Part shown: positions 60,847 through 64,000 of the stretch, in pieces
How the letters are laid out: each line of letters begins with the position of its first letter
Numbering within the stretch: position 1 is the stretch's first letter
Assembly: GCA_947647555.1 (NCBI GenBank)
Contig: CANSKT010000002.1
Span: 12,967 to 76,966 of the forward strand
Direction of reading: 5' to 3'
Length of the DNA stretch: 64,000 bases
Origin: an uncultured Peptococcaceae bacterium
Lineage (GTDB): Bacteria; Bacillota; Dehalobacteriia; UBA4068; UBA4997
Translations under genes and position numbers: made by a program
The notes under the pieces: model-generated
Databases searched by the model: none
What the model was told of the DNA's origin: nothing
What the model saw: the letters and a program-made list of their open reading frames with translations, nothing else

Positions 60847-61743
60847 ATGAATAATATCCTGGCCGAAAAGCAGGAGGCTCGCCTGTTATCTGGCAAAGAG
60901 GTGGCCGCCGCTATTATGGACGATAATCTGGCGCGCGCCAGCAAACTGCGGAGCCATAGCTGCAACCCTACTCTGGCCATTTTTCGCATCGGGGAACGCC
61001 CAGACGATATTTACTATGAGAACTCTATTAAGCGCCATTGTGAGAAAGTCGGCGTGCGCTGCCAGACGCTGGCGCTGCCGACCAATATCCGGGAAGACGA
61101 ACTTGCCGCCATGCTCACCCAAACCTCACAGGACCATTCCATTCATGGTATTTTCTTCTTCAGCCCTCTGCCCCATCAGCTGAATGAAACCTATCTGCGC
61201 AGTCTTATAAACCCGGCCAAGGACGTGGATTGTCTGTCCCGGGCCGCCCAGGCCGAGTTATACTTCGGCGACTCCGCCCAGGGATTTGCGCCCTGTACCG
61301 CCGCCGCCGTTATGGAAATGCTGCGCTATTATCAAATTCCGTTGGTTGGCAAGCAGGTAGTGGTTTTAGGGCGCTCACTGGTGGTGGGGCGGCCGCTGGC
61401 GATGCTGCTGTTACATGCCAACGCCACCGTGACTATTGCCCACTCCAAAAGCGAAAACCTGTCGCAAGTTTGCTGGCAGGCGGATATTGTGGTGGCCGCC
61501 GTAGGCAAACCGCGGCTGGTGCAAGGCGGCTGGCTGCGCCCCGGTCAGGTGGTTATTGACGTGGGCGCTAACGACGACCCAAATAACGGCGGCAAAATGT
61601 GCGGCGATGTGGATTTTGACGCCGCCAAGGGTATGGTCAGCGCCATTACACCGGTGCCGGGCGGCGTTGGTCTGGTAACTACCGCTATCCTCTGCCGCCA
61701 TGTAATCGAAGCCGCAGAAAGGCAGGTTGGCATAAATGCCTGA
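60847..61743 (+). CDS. folD: bifunctional methylenetetrahydrofolate dehydrogenase / methenyltetrahydrofolate cyclohydrolase
   Basis: Start at MNNILAEK with a GGAGGAA RBS. FolD motifs present (VVVLGRSLVVGRP, PVPGGVG). The longer ORF from 60757 has no RBS. Confidence 0.9.
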   Translation: MNNILAEKQEARLLSGKEVAAAIMDDNLARASKLRSHSCNPTLAIFRIGERPDDIYYENSIKRHCEKVGVRCQTLALPTNIREDELAAMLTQTSQDHSIHGIFFFSPLPHQLNETYLRSLINPAKDVDCLSRAAQAELYFGDSAQGFAPCTAAAVMEMLRYYQIPLVGKQVVVLGRSLVVGRPLAMLLLHANATVTIAHSKSENLSQVCWQADIVVAAVGKPRLVQGGWLRPGQVVIDVGANDDPNNGGKMCGDVDFDAAKGMVSAITPVPGGVGLVTTAILCRHVIEAAERQVGINA

Positions 61744-62458
61744 AAAATTGGAAAATCCGAACATTCGCATTTATTTGACGCCGCTGCCGCCGGCGGATAA
61801 TGATATTTTTGCCGACATTCTGGGCGCGCCGCCGCTGGCCTATGACGTGCAGATTTTAACCCCTCAGGCCAGCGTGGGCGATTATTTGCAGGCTATTGAG
61901 GACTTTCAGGCGCAAACGCTGGCCGACTGCAAAGGCTGTGACGGCTGCTGCCATGAACGCGCGCCGCTGACGATTGCCGACTGGCAGTTAGCGCAAAACA
62001 CCCACTCTGATGCGGAGCCAACCGAACAAGAACTGGCTGACTGGCTGCTGGAATGGGCGGAGTTACACTTTTGCGGCCCGGCGGTTGACTTAACTTTAAA
62101 ACGCACGCCGGCCGGCACCTGTAATTTTTTGCATGAGCAGCAAAAATACTGCACCAGACACCAACAGCGCAGTTTTACCTGCCGTACCCACTGCTGTCTG
62201 CCCAAGACGGAGCGCGCCGAAGCTTTGCGCGCCGCGTTGATTAATGCCGGCGAGGACGAGTTAGTGCGTCGGCTGCTGCAAATGCCGGCCGCCGTTCAGC
62301 CCTGGAGCAGTCAGCTGGCCTCCTGTAAGCTGGAGGATTACGCCGCCAACGCTTTCTCCCGGCTGCCCATAAACGCCTGGCGACAGGCGCGCATACAGGA
62401 TTTGCTGGATAAAGCGGACTGGGAATTAATTTATCAACCAACGGCCGGGGCGGAGTAA
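61736..62458 (+). CDS. YkgJ-family cysteine-cluster (putative Fe-S/Zn-binding) protein
   Basis: CKGCDGCC cluster and downstream Cys residues. Overlaps the folD stop by 8 nt. Confidence 0.65.
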   Translation: MPEKLENPNIRIYLTPLPPADNDIFADILGAPPLAYDVQILTPQASVGDYLQAIEDFQAQTLADCKGCDGCCHERAPLTIADWQLAQNTHSDAEPTEQELADWLLEWAELHFCGPAVDLTLKRTPAGTCNFLHEQQKYCTRHQQRSFTCRTHCCLPKTERAEALRAALINAGEDELVRRLLQMPAAVQPWSSQLASCKLEDYAANAFSRLPINAWRQARIQDLLDKADWELIYQPTAGAE

Positions 62459-62833
62459 ATTTTAAGGTGTTTGTCAAGTAAAATTTTTGGACATTTTGGA
62501 CTTCTCTGAACGATTTTAAATTTTTTTGTTGTATTCTGTAAAATAATACCCGATTTTTTGGTTGGCTTCTATTATAAGGTTGTGGAAAATGTGGAAAACT
62601 CTGTGCATAACTTCAGCCCTTGACTGGTGCGGCCTGGCCAAATTTATCCCAAACTTATAACCATAATTGGTGGAAAAGCCCAATGCCGTTAGCAGGCACT
62701 TTACTTTGTTCGGTGGAAAACCCCACAGCCGTATATTTTTTAGCCCAACACATCAAAAAACCCAAAAATAATTCATGTAATCTGCTGTTTCTTTTTAGAT
62801 ATTAATTTTTAAACATTAATCAGGAGGGAAATT

Positions 62834-64000
62834 ATGACACAAAACAATTTACCAGCCGAAGAAAATGTCAAAAGACTGCCCAGCCGCAGCGAAATACCGG
62901 CGGAGTTGAAATGGGACGTGGCCTCGGTTTTTGCCAGTGACGAAGCCTGGGAGGAGGCTTTGGCGCAGACCAGCCAAATGCCGGAGCAGGCTGCCGCTTT
63001 TGCCGGCCGGCTTGGTGAAAGCCCGGAGCGGCTGGCAGAATATTTACAGTTTAAGGAAAGTCTGCTGCAAAAGCTGGATAAGCTGTTCCTCTACGCCCAG
63101 ATGAAGCGCGACGAGGACAACGGCAACCATGTTTATCAGGGCATGGCGGATAAGGCGCAGAATTTGGCCGTGCAGACCTCGGCGGCGCTGGCCTTTGAGG
63201 AACCGGAATTGCTGGCGATTGATGAGAACAAGCTGCATGAGTGGCTGCAAACGCCCCAGTTAAAACTTTATCAGCGGTTTTTTGAGGAGTTGCTGCGCCA
63301 GAAGCCGCATGTTCGCAACAAAGACGAGGAGGAAATGCTGGCGCTGGCCGGTGAGGTTTGCGCCGCACCGCGCAGTATTTTTGGTATGTTCAACAATGCC
63401 GACCTGCACTTCCCCACCGTGCGCGACGAGGACGGCAATCTGGTGGAGATAACCCACGGCAATTATACCCATTTAATGGAAAGTCCCAGCCGGCAGGTGC
63501 GGCAGGAAACTTTTAAGGGGCTTTACGCCACTTATGCCGCCTGGCGCAACTCATTGGCCGCCATGCTGGCCGCTAATGTGAAAAAGGACGTTTTTGCCGC
63601 CAGAGTGCGCCGGTTTGACAGCGCTCTGCAAGCCGCCCTCTTTGCCGAGGATATCCCGGCCACGGTTTATGATAATCTGATAGACGGCGTGCGCGCCCAC
63701 CTGCCCCTGTTTTATCGCTATCTGGAGCTGCGCCGCCGCGCGCTGGGCGTGGAAAAGCTGCATCTTTACGATATTTATACGCCGCTGGCCAAGGCGCGCC
63801 CCCGGGAAATTCCCTATCAGGAGGCCACAGAGATGGTTTTACAGGCGCTGCGGCCGCTGGGCGAGGATTATATTAACACCGCCAAAAAGGCTTTCAGCGA
63901 GGGCTGGGTGGACGTGGCCGAAAATCAGGGCAAAACCAGCGGCGCATATTCCAGCGGCGTTTGGAGCAGCAAGCCCTTTATTCTGCTGAACTGGCAGGGT
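62834..64000 (+). CDS. pepF: oligoendopeptidase F (M3 family), N-terminal part; the 3' end lies beyond the window
   Basis: AGGAGGG RBS. M3B N-terminal features. The frame is open to the window end. Confidence 0.8.
   Translation, partial: MTQNNLPAEENVKRLPSRSEIPAELKWDVASVFASDEAWEEALAQTSQMPEQAAAFAGRLGESPERLAEYLQFKESLLQKLDKLFLYAQMKRDEDNGNHVYQGMADKAQNLAVQTSAALAFEEPELLAIDENKLHEWLQTPQLKLYQRFFEELLRQKPHVRNKDEEEMLALAGEVCAAPRSIFGMFNNADLHFPTVRDEDGNLVEITHGNYTHLMESPSRQVRQETFKGLYATYAAWRNSLAAMLAANVKKDVFAARVRRFDSALQAALFAEDIPATVYDNLIDGVRAHLPLFYRYLELRRRALGVEKLHLYDIYTPLAKARPREIPYQEATEMVLQALRPLGEDYINTAKKAFSEGWVDVAENQGKTSGAYSSGVWSSKPFILLNWQG

Overview
This 64-kb window is a GC-rich (about 58-60%) chromosomal segment with short AT-rich islets. 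Its gene content points to a spore-forming Firmicute of the Clostridia type, because a three-gene spoVAC-spoVAD-spoVAEb operon is present. Housekeeping genes (gyrB-gyrA, glyA, folD, nadE, fumarate hydratase alpha/beta, malic enzyme, DAHP synthase, mtnA, wecB, comEB-like deaminase, a cobB-type sirtuin, and pepF truncated at the window end) alternate with accessory blocks. The accessory blocks are, in order: (i) an ABC transporter, a two-component system and a serpin lipoprotein; (ii) the spoVA operon, divergent from a DUF421/DUF4363 pair; (iii) an MBOAT plus AlgJ/DHHW-like O-acyltransferase pair next to a second two-component system; (iv) an ~8-kb minus-strand block of six tightly packed, partly translationally coupled paralogous secreted proteins; (v) an AT-rich islet with a divergent lgt-like gene, a DUF4190 gene, a candidate sRNA and two tandem type-I toxin-antitoxin-like modules; (vi) a MarR-MATE pair with shared palindromic operators; (vii) an ECF sigma / anti-sigma pair; (viii) a tRNA-Leu(CAG) followed by an AT-rich islet with an RHH gene and SUFU-like immunity-type genes; (ix) a REC-HD-GYP-GGDEF protein with Hpt and a hybrid kinase with two REC domains; (x) a HepT/MntA toxin-antitoxin pair. 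No rRNA, CRISPR array, transposase or integrase was seen. Most predicted ORFs antisense to these genes are GC-skew artefacts.
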